Source: a virus (Duplodnaviria; Caudoviricetes). From it: a DNA stretch of 53,430 nt. The notes under the pieces were generated by a model. That model saw nothing but the letters and a program-made list of their open reading frames with translations. It made no database searches and was not told the DNA's origin. Location: the IMG/VR virus record IMGVR_UViG_3300042312_000048, positions 1 to 53,430 of that record. The stretch is one strand, 5' to 3'. The first letter of the stretch is position 1, and every line of letters begins with the position of its first letter. The position numbers were made by a program, and so were the translations under genes. This document shows positions 11,547-20,851 of this stretch, in pieces.

Positions 11547-14500
11547 TTACAGAGTTCTATACTGTGTCACCCAAACTGTTGAGTTAGAACTTGATGGTGT
11601 AACTTGTAGTGCAATATTGCTACCACTGACATTAACTGCTAACGATCCAGTAGTACCGTTAAGATTTACTGTACCGAATGTTGAGTAGTCTGCGCTTGTA
11701 CCATCTGTCACAGCAGTGACCACTGCCACGCTATATTTGGTTCCTGCACTGTCAACACCTTTTACAATCCATTCAATACCAGTCACTCCTGTAATTGAAA
11801 CGCTGGATATTGTTTGATTTGCTCCTGTTGAACTTGTAGTGACTTGACCCCAGTAAATCTGTGTGTTACCAACGTCAATACTAGTATTTGCAGTGAGTGT
11901 ATTTGCACTAAAATTGTTAGCAGACAGATCTCCGCCTAGTGTTAAATTTCCACTAGCATCAATATTGCCTGCATAAACATCTTGCCAACGTTGTGTGCTT
12001 GAACCTAGATCAAGTGTCAAGTTAGCGTTTGGTGTTAGTGCGCTTGTGACATTTGCTGTAACATTTAGATTTGCTACGTTTGCCGTACCTGATGTTGCAA
12101 AATTTGCAGCAATTACATTGCCTGAGAAGTTTGCTGTGTTACCTGCAAGTTCTAGATTTACTGTTAGATTTGGTACTACAACGTTACCGCTGAAGTTTGC
12201 TGTGTTACCTAACAATGCATTACCAACTGTTACATTTGCTCCATTGAATACAGCATTACCACTAAAGTTTGCAGTATTACCAGCAAGTGCTAGATTTACA
12301 GTTAGATTTGGTACTACGACATTACCACTGAAGTTTGCAGTATTACCTGACAACTCATTAGTAATCGTCACGTTACCAGCATTGACGATATTTGAAACGT
12401 TAGCAGTTGGTACAACAATCAATGTATTTGCATTGACATTGTTTGCTAGTACGTTACCAGTTGCTTGAACATTACCTGATGTAGTTAAATTCAATCCACT
12501 TACGTTAGCATTTGAACTGATAGTACCATTAGCCGCAATATTACCACCAACTGTTAGATCAAGTGTGATATTAGCAATACTGCTAATGCTCAAGTTATTA
12601 GCACTGACGTTACCGTTGCTTAGTGTATTCCAACTTAGGCTGCTGAATGTTGCATCACCGAGATTTGGTGTCACAAGATTTGCGCTTGTCTTGACGACGA
12701 TGTTGCCTGAACTGATAGCAGTGGTGTCATTATCAACATTTGCGCTGATTACTGTACCAGTGATAGCGATACCATTGCCTGCAGTAAAACTTTGTGCCGC
12801 GCTGAACTGACTGTACACTATGTTTGTCAATCCAAATAATATTTCGTATACTGGAGAAGTTAGTGCATAACTTGATCCAGCATTATTTAGACCTTGTTGT
12901 ACAAAGAAGTAGTCACCATAGCTCATTCCTGTTGTACTCTTAGGACTATATGTATCTTCGTCTGTTGCTCTTGTCAATACCCACGCAGTTGAACCATTAC
13001 CCACTGTTGTTACAGTATAGACACCGTTCTCAAATTGATTTGTCTGACCTTGAACAAGAACTCTGTTTGTTGATACTAATGCAATACTATCAATAGATAG
13101 TGCGGCGTTTGCACCTGCGTTTGTTAGTGTTGCGCCAACACCAGTGTTCGCTCTTGCAGTTTGTGATAGACCTGCACCGTTAGTCAATGTAGTGACTTCA
13201 GCACCGAAATATCCTGCCTTGACTGTTATAGTATCGGCTCCTGGGGTGCTGTAGACAAAGTATGGGTCGTTGCCGATGATACCATTGAAACTGTTATCCC
13301 AAGCAAGTTCATCACCTATGCTTAGATTGTGATTTGCACCAAACTGTATAGTCTTACCACCAGTGATTGCGATAGTAGTCAATACGCTACCGCCGTTAGC
13401 ATATGTAGCGTTTAGATTAGTTGTGCTAGTAGCTACTACTGGTAAATGTATTGTTAGACCAACAGTACTGTTGTCAACATATTCTTTTGTGGCTGCATCA
13501 TTTGGTTGTGTTGGTCCACCAACTTGTGCTATACGGGCTAATGATGCTTCGATCACACCATTAGGGCCGCCAGGAACAAGATTGATATTGACATTTGAAC
13601 CTGAAGCAGTAATCGTTAGATTACCATTTGCTGTGATGTTTGAAGTTAGTAAACTACCAACATTTGCTTCGCCGGTTACTGCAAGATTTGCACCAACTAA
13701 GAAACTGTTTGCAGTCACGTTACCATTTGCTATGATATAACCTGCTGTTGAGTGAATATTACCTGATGTGAACAATCCAGTATCGGATATTGTCACAATA
13801 TTTGAAACGCCATTTGAACTGAGTTCAATATTAGCATCTTGGAATATTCTAACGTTGCTATTGCCGTTTGCCAATGTACCAACTAAGTTGCCCGCATTGA
13901 CATTGCCAATAACGTTTAGATCGTTAGCAACGTTTACATAGTTTGCAGTTACTAAGTTACCTAATGCAGCATTTGCAGCAGTTAGATTACCAGTAAAGTT
14001 TGCAATATTACCGTTTAGATCATTAGCAACGTTTATATAATTTGCTGTTGCTAGGTTGCCTAATGCAGCATTTAGTGATGTTAGATTACCAGTAAAGTTT
14101 GCAATATTACCGTTTAGGTCATTAGCAACGTTTATATAATTAGCAGTTGCTAGGTTACCTAAACTTGCATTTAGGGATGTTAGATTACCAGTAAAGTTTG
14201 CAACATTACCTGACAATGTTGTATTGACAGTTAGATTTGGAACAATAACGTTACCGCTGAAGTTAGCAGTATTGGCTGCGAGTTCTAAATTTACAGTTAC
14301 ATTATTTGATGTTACATTACTTGCGGCATTGATGTAATTTGCATAAGCAAGATTACCAAGATTTGCGTTGTCAGTCTGTAAATTACCTGTTAGTGTTACA
14401 CTATTTGATAACTTGTTGAATGTGAATGCATTGCTACCATCAACTAGACCAGCATCTGAGAATAGTAATGTAGTGTTTGGAGCAGTGATGTTGATATTTG

Positions 14501-15605
14501 CTTGTACGTTACCAACAAGTGTTCCAACTGTTACTATACCGCCTGCAGGGAACGTGACATTACCTGTGTTATCATAAACGGTGCTGAAACCGTTTGATGT
14601 TAGTGTTAGGTTGCCAGTGCCGCTGTTGACGTTTGGTGTCAATAATGTATTTGTGACGTTGGCATTACCATTTACAGTCAATACATTTGTTGTATCGTTG
14701 AATGTGAAGTTTGCACTTGCCGCAAAATTGTCACCCATGTTATACTGAATTTCAGTATTTGCACCAGCAGCTTCTTGTAAGTCCCAAGGATTGCCGTTAG
14801 CATACAATAGATTATCAGTGCGAACATTACCGGCTTCCATAGTGCCAGTGACATTTACATTAGTTGATACGTTTACAAAGTTAGCACTCGCTAGATTTCC
14901 AAGATTAGCATTTACAGCAGTGATGTTACCACTGAAGTTTGCTGTGTTACCTGCAAGTTCTAGATTTACAGTTAGATTTGGTACTACAACATTACCACTG
15001 AAATTTGCTGTGTTACCATTGATTTGTTGTGCTACGTTTACATAATTAGCAGTTGCTAGGTTACCAAGATTAGCATTGAGTGAGTTGATATTACCACTGA
15101 AGTTGCCAACTACTGCATTAACGTTATTAGTTACACTGATGTTATTAGCATTTGCAATATTGCCTTGAACCACTAAGTCGTTAGCAAAGTTTGCATAGTT
15201 TGCAGTTACAAGATTGCCAAGATTAGCATTAAGGGCAGTCAAGTTACTAGACGCTGTGAGATAACCAGTGATATTAGCACCGGTACCAGTAAACACAGCA
15301 ACATTAGCATTGCCTGCAACACTTATTTCTACATTGCCGTTAGCACTAGGTATGCTTACATTACTATTACCGTTCAGGATACGGGAAGTATCTGCTGTGG
15401 TAAAAGTTAAGTTACCAAACCCATCAGTCTGCAAATATTGATTTGCGGAACCGCCCGTGATTATGACGTTTCCTACAGGACCTAAGTTTGCTACCTTTTG
15501 TACTGTTAAGTTATTTGAAATGATATCTGCGTTTGACAGTATCACATTTGCTGGTATCTCACCTACTGAGAACCCGCCTACTGAATTTAATGGTTTTAAT
15601 GCCAT
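11547..15605 (-). CDS. Fibre-like virion structural protein (~1352 aa)
   Basis: ATG 15605 (GGAG 10 nt upstream) preferred to TTG 15614; Asn-rich GNTANFSGN and NLATANY repeats; DAATKEYVD domain; LDLGSSTQRW motif. Confidence 0.85.
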   Translation of the reverse strand: MALKPLNSVGGFSVGEIPANVILSNADIISNNLTVQKVANLGPVGNVIITGGSANQYLQTDGFGNLTFTTADTSRILNGNSNVSIPSANGNVEISVAGNANVAVFTGTGANITGYLTASSNLTALNANLGNLVTANYANFANDLVVQGNIANANNISVTNNVNAVVGNFSGNINSLNANLGNLATANYVNVAQQINGNTANFSGNVVVPNLTVNLELAGNTANFSGNITAVNANLGNLASANFVNVSTNVNVTGTMEAGNVRTDNLLYANGNPWDLQEAAGANTEIQYNMGDNFAASANFTFNDTTNVLTVNGNANVTNTLLTPNVNSGTGNLTLTSNGFSTVYDNTGNVTFPAGGIVTVGTLVGNVQANINITAPNTTLLFSDAGLVDGSNAFTFNKLSNSVTLTGNLQTDNANLGNLAYANYINAASNVTSNNVTVNLELAANTANFSGNVIVPNLTVNTTLSGNVANFTGNLTSLNASLGNLATANYINVANDLNGNIANFTGNLTSLNAALGNLATANYINVANDLNGNIANFTGNLTAANAALGNLVTANYVNVANDLNVIGNVNAGNLVGTLANGNSNVRIFQDANIELSSNGVSNIVTISDTGLFTSGNIHSTAGYIIANGNVTANSFLVGANLAVTGEANVGSLLTSNITANGNLTITASGSNVNINLVPGGPNGVIEASLARIAQVGGPTQPNDAATKEYVDNSTVGLTIHLPVVATSTTNLNATYANGGSVLTTIAITGGKTIQFGANHNLSIGDELAWDNSFNGIIGNDPYFVYSTPGADTITVKAGYFGAEVTTLTNGAGLSQTARANTGVGATLTNAGANAALSIDSIALVSTNRVLVQGQTNQFENGVYTVTTVGNGSTAWVLTRATDEDTYSPKSTTGMSYGDYFFVQQGLNNAGSSYALTSPVYEILFGLTNIVYSQFSAAQSFTAGNGIAITGTVISANVDNDTTAISSGNIVVKTSANLVTPNLGDATFSSLSWNTLSNGNVSANNLSISSIANITLDLTVGGNIAANGTISSNANVSGLNLTTSGNVQATGNVLANNVNANTLIVVPTANVSNIVNAGNVTITNELSGNTANFSGNVVVPNLTVNLALAGNTANFSGNAVFNGANVTVGNALLGNTANFSGNVVVPNLTVNLELAGNTANFSGNVIAANFATSGTANVANLNVTANVTSALTPNANLTLDLGSSTQRWQDVYAGNIDASGNLTLGGDLSANNFSANTLTANTSIDVGNTQIYWGQVTTSSTGANQTISSVSITGVTGIEWIVKGVDSAGTKYSVAVVTAVTDGTSADYSTFGTVNLNGTTGSLAVNVSGSNIALQVTPSSSNSTVWVTQYRTL
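13913..14210. repeat. Three tandem 99-bp (33-aa) coding repeats
   Basis: gttagattaccagtaaagtttgcaa at 13981, 14080, 14179; unit NIANFTGNLTSLNAALGNLATANYINVANDLNG. Confidence 0.9.
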
Positions 15606-15630
15606 GATTGCCAATCTCCGTTAGTATTAT

Positions 15631-15638
15631 TATTTATC
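15631..15638 (-). promoter_or_regulatory. T4-type late promoter box GATAAATA
   Basis: Intergenic, upstream of ATG 15605. Confidence 0.7.
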
Positions 15639-15644
15639 AAACTT

Positions 15645-18600
15645 TTACTCTTTATAGCGTGTGACGCACATTTTATGTACCATCAAGTTCGCTGTCTGAG
15701 GGCTTAGTTTCAATTGAACTGTCGCTGGAGTAATTATATTTCCTGCGTCATAGCTAACTGTAAAGTCCCCTATATACCCATTTACCGGTAATGTTGAATA
15801 TTCAACATAATTTACAACATTACCAAAAACAACTGTAGAAATTTTTACTAGATTTCTTATACCAGCACCATTATCTGTAGATATAATGATCAAATCTAAC
15901 CCCGCCAAATCATCTGCCTCTATGCTTAATATCGTTTGATTTGGGGTATCACTAATAGTGGTAGCAAAGTAAACATTACTATGACTAAATTCATAGATGC
16001 CCGCGCCTATAGTCAATGAGTTGGCTATCAAATTTCCTGCAATTTGAACATTGCTAGTATTTTCATTAAAAGTGAAGAATGCACTACCAGCAAATGTTCC
16101 ATTATCGTTATACTGAACCTGTGTGTTACTTCCGCCTGGGTTGCCGTTTCCACCGCCACCACCTGCTGTCCAGTATAAGTTGGCATTTCCGTCAGTCGCT
16201 AGAACATAACCGTTTATGCCGCCCGAAATATGAAGATTAGAAATGCTTCCTAAATTTACATTGCTTGAGCCGGCACTATTGAATTTGCCATTGATCGTTA
16301 ATGTTCCAGAACCGCTTACGATAGCAGTATTACTAAAGTTTGCCGTGCCTGTAACATTTAGATTAGTCGTGCCTATCGTACCAGGTGTTGTGATATTTCC
16401 TGCATTAAACGTATTAGTGACTGACAGGTTACTTGTATTGATATTTCCACTGACAGTCAATGATGTTAACGTGCCTACGCTGGTGATGTTTGGTTGTGCA
16501 TTATCACGAACGGTAGCGGCTGTTTCTACTCCTAGATTTGCTACAGGTGTTGTACTTGTTACCTGTAAAGGCGCAGTACCGGTCGCTATATTAGAAATAA
16601 AGATAGGTGTTGTTATTACGCTTGATACGTTTATATTTCCACCTACAAACAACGTGTCTGAATTTTTGTTCCAAGTAAATGTATTGTCGCCGCCGAAACT
16701 TCCGTTATCATTAAATTGTATATAAGTGTTTAATCCGCCAGGCGTAGTAGCATTTGATGCTGCTTGTTCTATCCAACTTAAATTACCAGTACCATCTGTA
16801 CTTAACACGTAGTTAGCATTACCGCCTAATATCTTAACATTACCGGCATTGCCTAAATTACTTTCACCTATTACTGTTAAGTCTGTCAAATTTCCTAAAC
16901 TTGTTATGTTAGGTTGTGCAGCAGTATCTATAATACCGATAAGCAATTCTGCCTGTACATAATTGCCTGCATTTAGATTACCAGTAATGTTAATATCACT
17001 AGAGCCGCCTATACCGTTTATTGAACCATTGAATGTGATATTACCATTACTATTTGGCTGTGCGGTATCAACATTTAACCAACCTACATTACCTAGATAA
17101 TGTATGTTTAGTTGTGAGTTAGTAGTTAAGGTTCCAGATAAGAAATTTGCAGATACTAAATTACCGCCAGATATATTTCCTGCACTGATATTGCCTGAGG
17201 CAGTGATAGTTGTTGCATTCGCATTTGTAGTAATAAAATTAGTAGTTAAGAGATTACTTGTAACTGTAGTATTACCATTAACAGTTAATTGTGCAGTAAA
17301 ATCGTTCCAAGTTAAACTTGGGCTACCACCAAAAGAACCTGCATTGTTAAATTGAATTTGTGTATTGCTACCACCTGGTGTGCCGTTTCCACCGCCACCT
17401 GATTGTGCTATCCAAGAAAGATTTCCAATTCCATCAGTAGAAAGGACATAACCATTTATGCCGCCTAATATTTTTACATTACCTACATTTCCTAAATTTG
17501 AATTTCCCTCAACTGTAAGTGAAACTAAATTGCCTAGACTTGTTATACTAGGCTGCGCTGCGGTTGCGATTTCGCCTATCAACAATTCGGCTTGTACATA
17601 ATTTCCTGCATTTAAATTGCCGGTAATATTAATATCACTTGAAGGACCATTACCTAAAATGCTTCCGTTAAAAGTGATGTTACCGTTACTTCCTGCTAAG
17701 CCTGTTTGAACATTTAGCCAACCTATATTACCTAAAAAGTTAACGTTAGGTTGCGCATTTGTAGTCAGTGTGCCTGATAAAAAGTTTGCTGATGCTAAAT
17801 TACCTAAATTTGCATTGGCTCCGCTTATATTACCTGCAACAGTTAAATTTGTTAGCACGCCTACTGTAGTGATGTTTGGCTGTAATCCAGTAGTCAAAGT
17901 ACCTAATATTAAATTAGCCCTTATATTACCGGTATTGGCATAGACATTTCCTGCTATGACATTACCTAATGTGGTAAAACTGCTTTCTACTGTGAAATTA
18001 TTAGCAAATAAGTTTGTAGTATTAGTTACACCTAAATTAGTATTACCTGATACTGATAGAGTTGTCAACGTTCCTAATGAAGTGATGTTAGGTTGAGATG
18101 CTAAAGTAACGTTTCTAGCAAGATTAGCAAGACCGTATAAATTTCCTGTAAAGAAATTGGCAGTAACATTATTGCCTAATGTAGTGTTTCCTATAACAAC
18201 TAAATTAGTTAGATTGCCTACAGTAGTAATATTAGGTTGAGATGCAACAGTTACATTTCCTGCATATGCAGCAAAGTTAGCATTAGCAACAGTGCCTACA
18301 ACATTAGAACCTACTATACCAAATAATGAACTACCGTTGCCTGCAAATAAATTTGCATTTATAACATTTGCATTAGTTATATTACCTGCAAGATTTAAAC
18401 TTGTTAATGTACCTACACTTGTAATATTCGGTTGAGCATTGCCTGATACTGTAATTGCTATATTTGAGTTTGCTGCTTGTGCTACATTAGTAATGTTTGA
18501 TCCATCACCATATAGATAATTTGCCAAGACTACATTAGCAGTCACATCCCAATTTAGTACGATGTAATCCGCGACTATATTGCCTGTCGTTAATGTATTT

Positions 18601-19118
18601 GTAATCTTATTATATGTGAAGCCAGCATTACCACCGAATGCTCCTGCATCATTAAACTGTACTTGAGTGTTGGCTCCGCCCGGTGTACCATTACCCCCGT
18701 TACCTGTAGCAGCGGCCCATGTTAAATTACCTGCACCGTCGGTCTGTAAGAAGTATCCATTAGTTCCACCTAGGATAATAACATTTGCTACATTGCCTAA
18801 ATTAGCACTAGTTCCTACTTGAATTTTTGTAACTGTTAATAAATTAGTTGCGCTATTAAACGTAAACGCTGAACTTGCACCAAAATTACCGTTATTGTTA
18901 TATTGTACTTGTGTATTGCTACCGGATGCTACTGCGTTTGGTGTAAATGGCAATCCATTCGCATAGAAATATCCATTAGCAAATACACGATTTGCAGTTA
19001 CATTGCTGTTAGGTGCATTAACATTATTGACAACATTACCGGTTTCATCAATAACAAGTTCTGGTGGTATTCCTACACTAAAACCACCTAACGCATTAAA
19101 AGGATCAACGTGTGACAT
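15645..19118 (-). CDS. Fibre-like virion structural protein (1157 aa)
   Basis: N-terminal FNALGGFSVG; repeated GG.NGY.L.TDG.GNL.W + PGGSNTQ.QFN..G.FGG modules and AQPNITS repeats. Confidence 0.85.
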   Translation of the reverse strand: MSHVDPFNALGGFSVGIPPELVIDETGNVVNNVNAPNSNVTANRVFANGYFYANGLPFTPNAVASGSNTQVQYNNNGNFGASSAFTFNSATNLLTVTKIQVGTSANLGNVANVIILGGTNGYFLQTDGAGNLTWAAATGNGGNGTPGGANTQVQFNDAGAFGGNAGFTYNKITNTLTTGNIVADYIVLNWDVTANVVLANYLYGDGSNITNVAQAANSNIAITVSGNAQPNITSVGTLTSLNLAGNITNANVINANLFAGNGSSLFGIVGSNVVGTVANANFAAYAGNVTVASQPNITTVGNLTNLVVIGNTTLGNNVTANFFTGNLYGLANLARNVTLASQPNITSLGTLTTLSVSGNTNLGVTNTTNLFANNFTVESSFTTLGNVIAGNVYANTGNIRANLILGTLTTGLQPNITTVGVLTNLTVAGNISGANANLGNLASANFLSGTLTTNAQPNVNFLGNIGWLNVQTGLAGSNGNITFNGSILGNGPSSDINITGNLNAGNYVQAELLIGEIATAAQPSITSLGNLVSLTVEGNSNLGNVGNVKILGGINGYVLSTDGIGNLSWIAQSGGGGNGTPGGSNTQIQFNNAGSFGGSPSLTWNDFTAQLTVNGNTTVTSNLLTTNFITTNANATTITASGNISAGNISGGNLVSANFLSGTLTTNSQLNIHYLGNVGWLNVDTAQPNSNGNITFNGSINGIGGSSDINITGNLNAGNYVQAELLIGIIDTAAQPNITSLGNLTDLTVIGESNLGNAGNVKILGGNANYVLSTDGTGNLSWIEQAASNATTPGGLNTYIQFNDNGSFGGDNTFTWNKNSDTLFVGGNINVSSVITTPIFISNIATGTAPLQVTSTTPVANLGVETAATVRDNAQPNITSVGTLTSLTVSGNINTSNLSVTNTFNAGNITTPGTIGTTNLNVTGTANFSNTAIVSGSGTLTINGKFNSAGSSNVNLGSISNLHISGGINGYVLATDGNANLYWTAGGGGGNGNPGGSNTQVQYNDNGTFAGSAFFTFNENTSNVQIAGNLIANSLTIGAGIYEFSHSNVYFATTISDTPNQTILSIEADDLAGLDLIIISTDNGAGIRNLVKISTVVFGNVVNYVEYSTLPVNGYIGDFTVSYDAGNIITPATVQLKLSPQTANLMVHKMCVTRYKE
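16690..17790. repeat. Internal duplication with 639-bp (213-codon) period
   Basis: SDINITGNLNAGNYVQAELLIG and flanking ~150 aa occur twice; matching DNA at 16956 and 17595. Boundaries approximate. Confidence 0.85.
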
Positions 19119-19141
19119 CTATAACAGGCCCTATTATAATA

Positions 19142-19149
19142 TATTTATC
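19142..19149 (-). promoter_or_regulatory. T4-type late promoter box GATAAATA
   Basis: Intergenic, upstream of ATG 19118. Confidence 0.7.
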
Positions 19150-19198
19150 AGTAACGGTAAAACATAGGTGCATAAAAAAGACCCAATAAGAACTTTTT

Positions 19199-19206
19199 TC
19201 TAAATA
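19199..19206 (+). promoter_or_regulatory. Late promoter box variant TCTAAATA
   Basis: TAAATA core 6 nt before ATG 19213, preceded by T-tract; no SD. Confidence 0.55.
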
Positions 19207-19212
19207 TATAAC

Positions 19213-19581
19213 ATGTTAACAAAACAAAAATCACGTCCTATTTGCAAAAATTGCGGTATTATTCCTGCTAAGCCAAATGGTATTAGTAAGTTAGGTTTCA
19301 AAAAATGGCACAAATATTGTATTGATTGTAGTAAAATAATGTACAGTGACAAACACAAATATCTCCGACATAAACAAATGAAGTGTGAGTTTTGTGGATT
19401 CAAAGCAGAAGACAAATGCCAATTAGATATAGTTTTTAAAGACGGTAATAAAAAGAATAAGAAAGAAAGCAATCTTAAAACACTATGTGCTAATTGTAGT
19501 AGATTGTATCAAAAAAGATTAAAGAAAGGTCGTAAGTCAGTAATGAATATGACTGTTGATGCTGACATTCGTATAGCATAA
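19213..19581 (+). CDS. Basic zinc-finger protein with degenerate HNH endonuclease fold
   Basis: Four CxxC pairs (CKNC, CIDC, CEFC, CANC); LDIVFKDGNKKNKKESNLKTLCANCS matches the HNH pattern H.DG...N....NL..LC..CH but lacks both histidines. Confidence 0.8.
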   Translation: MLTKQKSRPICKNCGIIPAKPNGISKLGFKKWHKYCIDCSKIMYSDKHKYLRHKQMKCEFCGFKAEDKCQLDIVFKDGNKKNKKESNLKTLCANCSRLYQKRLKKGRKSVMNMTVDADIRIA

Positions 19582-19614
19582 AAAAGAAAGGGCGCACAAG
19601 GCGCCCAGTCTTTT
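19580..19614. terminator. Probable bidirectional intrinsic terminator
   Basis: GGGCGC-ACAAG-GCGCCC stem (19590-19606) flanked by A-tract on left and TCTTTT on right, between converging HNH-like gene and gp23. Confidence 0.8.
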
Positions 19615-19631
19615 GAACAACAATCCAATTA

Positions 19632-20828
19632 TTATTGGAAAGTTAGGTTCTGTACAGCGATCTCACCAACGTAGTCTGCTGCGTTGCCGAAGCTGCTTGC
19701 AGTGTTAGTTAATTCGATGTAACCATAACGAGTCATAAATGACACGACTGGTTCGAATGTTGATGGATCTAGAACAACGCCACTGCTCATTAATGGAATA
19801 TATGGGCAGTAGAATGCTGCTGCGTCAGTCTCACTTGAGCCCTTATAACCAACCAATACTGGCTGAGTATCTGGAGCATATGAGTTGACGAATACGCGCA
19901 TTGCGCCATTCAATGTACCAACGAACTTAGTGTTTGTTGGTGCTTCAAATGTACCTTCAGTTGTTCTTGCGAATGCTGAAGTTGTTGCTGACTGTAGAAC
20001 AGTTAGTGATGCTGGTGATACAACTGCCCAGTTACCTGCACCGCGACGAGTGCGCTGTGCAATCAAGTTTGCAACGCGGTTGATTAGAACTGCTAGAGCA
20101 GCATGTTCGTCACCGACGTATGTTGCAGTACCTGATACTGTTGCTTGGTTGTATGTGAACTCAGTTGAAGCAAGAGTTGCTAGTGACAACAAGATTTCTT
20201 GATCGATTTCAGCAGTGATTTCTTGAGCAAGTGCTGCCATGATTTCTGCTTCAACGTCAATACCGTGTTGTGACTGTGCATCTTGTGCTGCTTCAAATGT
20301 CCAACGTGCTTGCAACTTACGTGATTTGGCTTCAACAGCCTGACGTAAGATTTGTACGCTGATCTGCTTACCGCCGTTACCTTCTAATGCCGCAGTATCA
20401 TTACCTGTGTAGTAACTTGATGATGTTGCATTTTGTGGTGAACGTGAATATGCCTGAGCAATTTTGAATGGGCTCAATGCTTCTTCACCAGCAGTTACAG
20501 ATGTCTGTGCTGCTGAGTTGTCAGTCAATGACTGAGCATAACGTACACGCAATGTGTGGATCTGACCAACTGGACCAGTCATTGGCTGTACGCCGACTAG
20601 TTCGTTAGCGATAACAGTTGGCATAACACGACGGATAACCGGTAGAATTACTCGGTTAAGAGTTGCGATGTTACCAGCAGTTGTAGTACCGGCTGAAGAT
20701 TCAGCAAGCAACTGCTTCTTGGTGTTCTCTAAAATAACACCCATTGTTGAGCGGCGAGTTCCTTTCAAGCCTTCTAGTAGGGCTTCCTTGGTCTCGTCCC
20801 AACGGCTTTCTAAGAGTACTTTTGACAT
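19632..20828 (-). CDS. gp23: Major capsid protein, T4 gp23 family
   Basis: GVQPMTGPVGQI, VEAKSRKL.A.WT.E.AQD..S.HGID.E.E, FYCPYIPL, F.P...F.TRYG motifs; SD AGGAG. Confidence 0.97.
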   Translation of the reverse strand: MSKVLLESRWDETKEALLEGLKGTRRSTMGVILENTKKQLLAESSAGTTTAGNIATLNRVILPVIRRVMPTVIANELVGVQPMTGPVGQIHTLRVRYAQSLTDNSAAQTSVTAGEEALSPFKIAQAYSRSPQNATSSSYYTGNDTAALEGNGGKQISVQILRQAVEAKSRKLQARWTFEAAQDAQSQHGIDVEAEIMAALAQEITAEIDQEILLSLATLASTEFTYNQATVSGTATYVGDEHAALAVLINRVANLIAQRTRRGAGNWAVVSPASLTVLQSATTSAFARTTEGTFEAPTNTKFVGTLNGAMRVFVNSYAPDTQPVLVGYKGSSETDAAAFYCPYIPLMSSGVVLDPSTFEPVVSFMTRYGYIELTNTASSFGNAADYVGEIAVQNLTFQ

Positions 20829-20851
20829 TTTAATTATCTCCTAATTATGTC

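Noticed and set aside
251-17355. Dozens of plus-strand ORFs rich in Val/Pro/Leu/Ala over the fibre genes
   Set aside because: Antisense shadows caused by biased codon use in the repetitive minus-strand genes; no SD or promoter, fully overlapping real genes.
1-19118. Diversity-generating retroelement or invertible shufflon behind the fibre repeats
   Set aside because: No reverse transcriptase or recombinase in the window; repeats are direct and in frame, and the differences I inspected are not adenine-specific.
19200-19472. 90 aa minus-strand ORF
   Set aside because: Antisense to the HNH-like gene, which has recognisable motifs, promoter and terminator.
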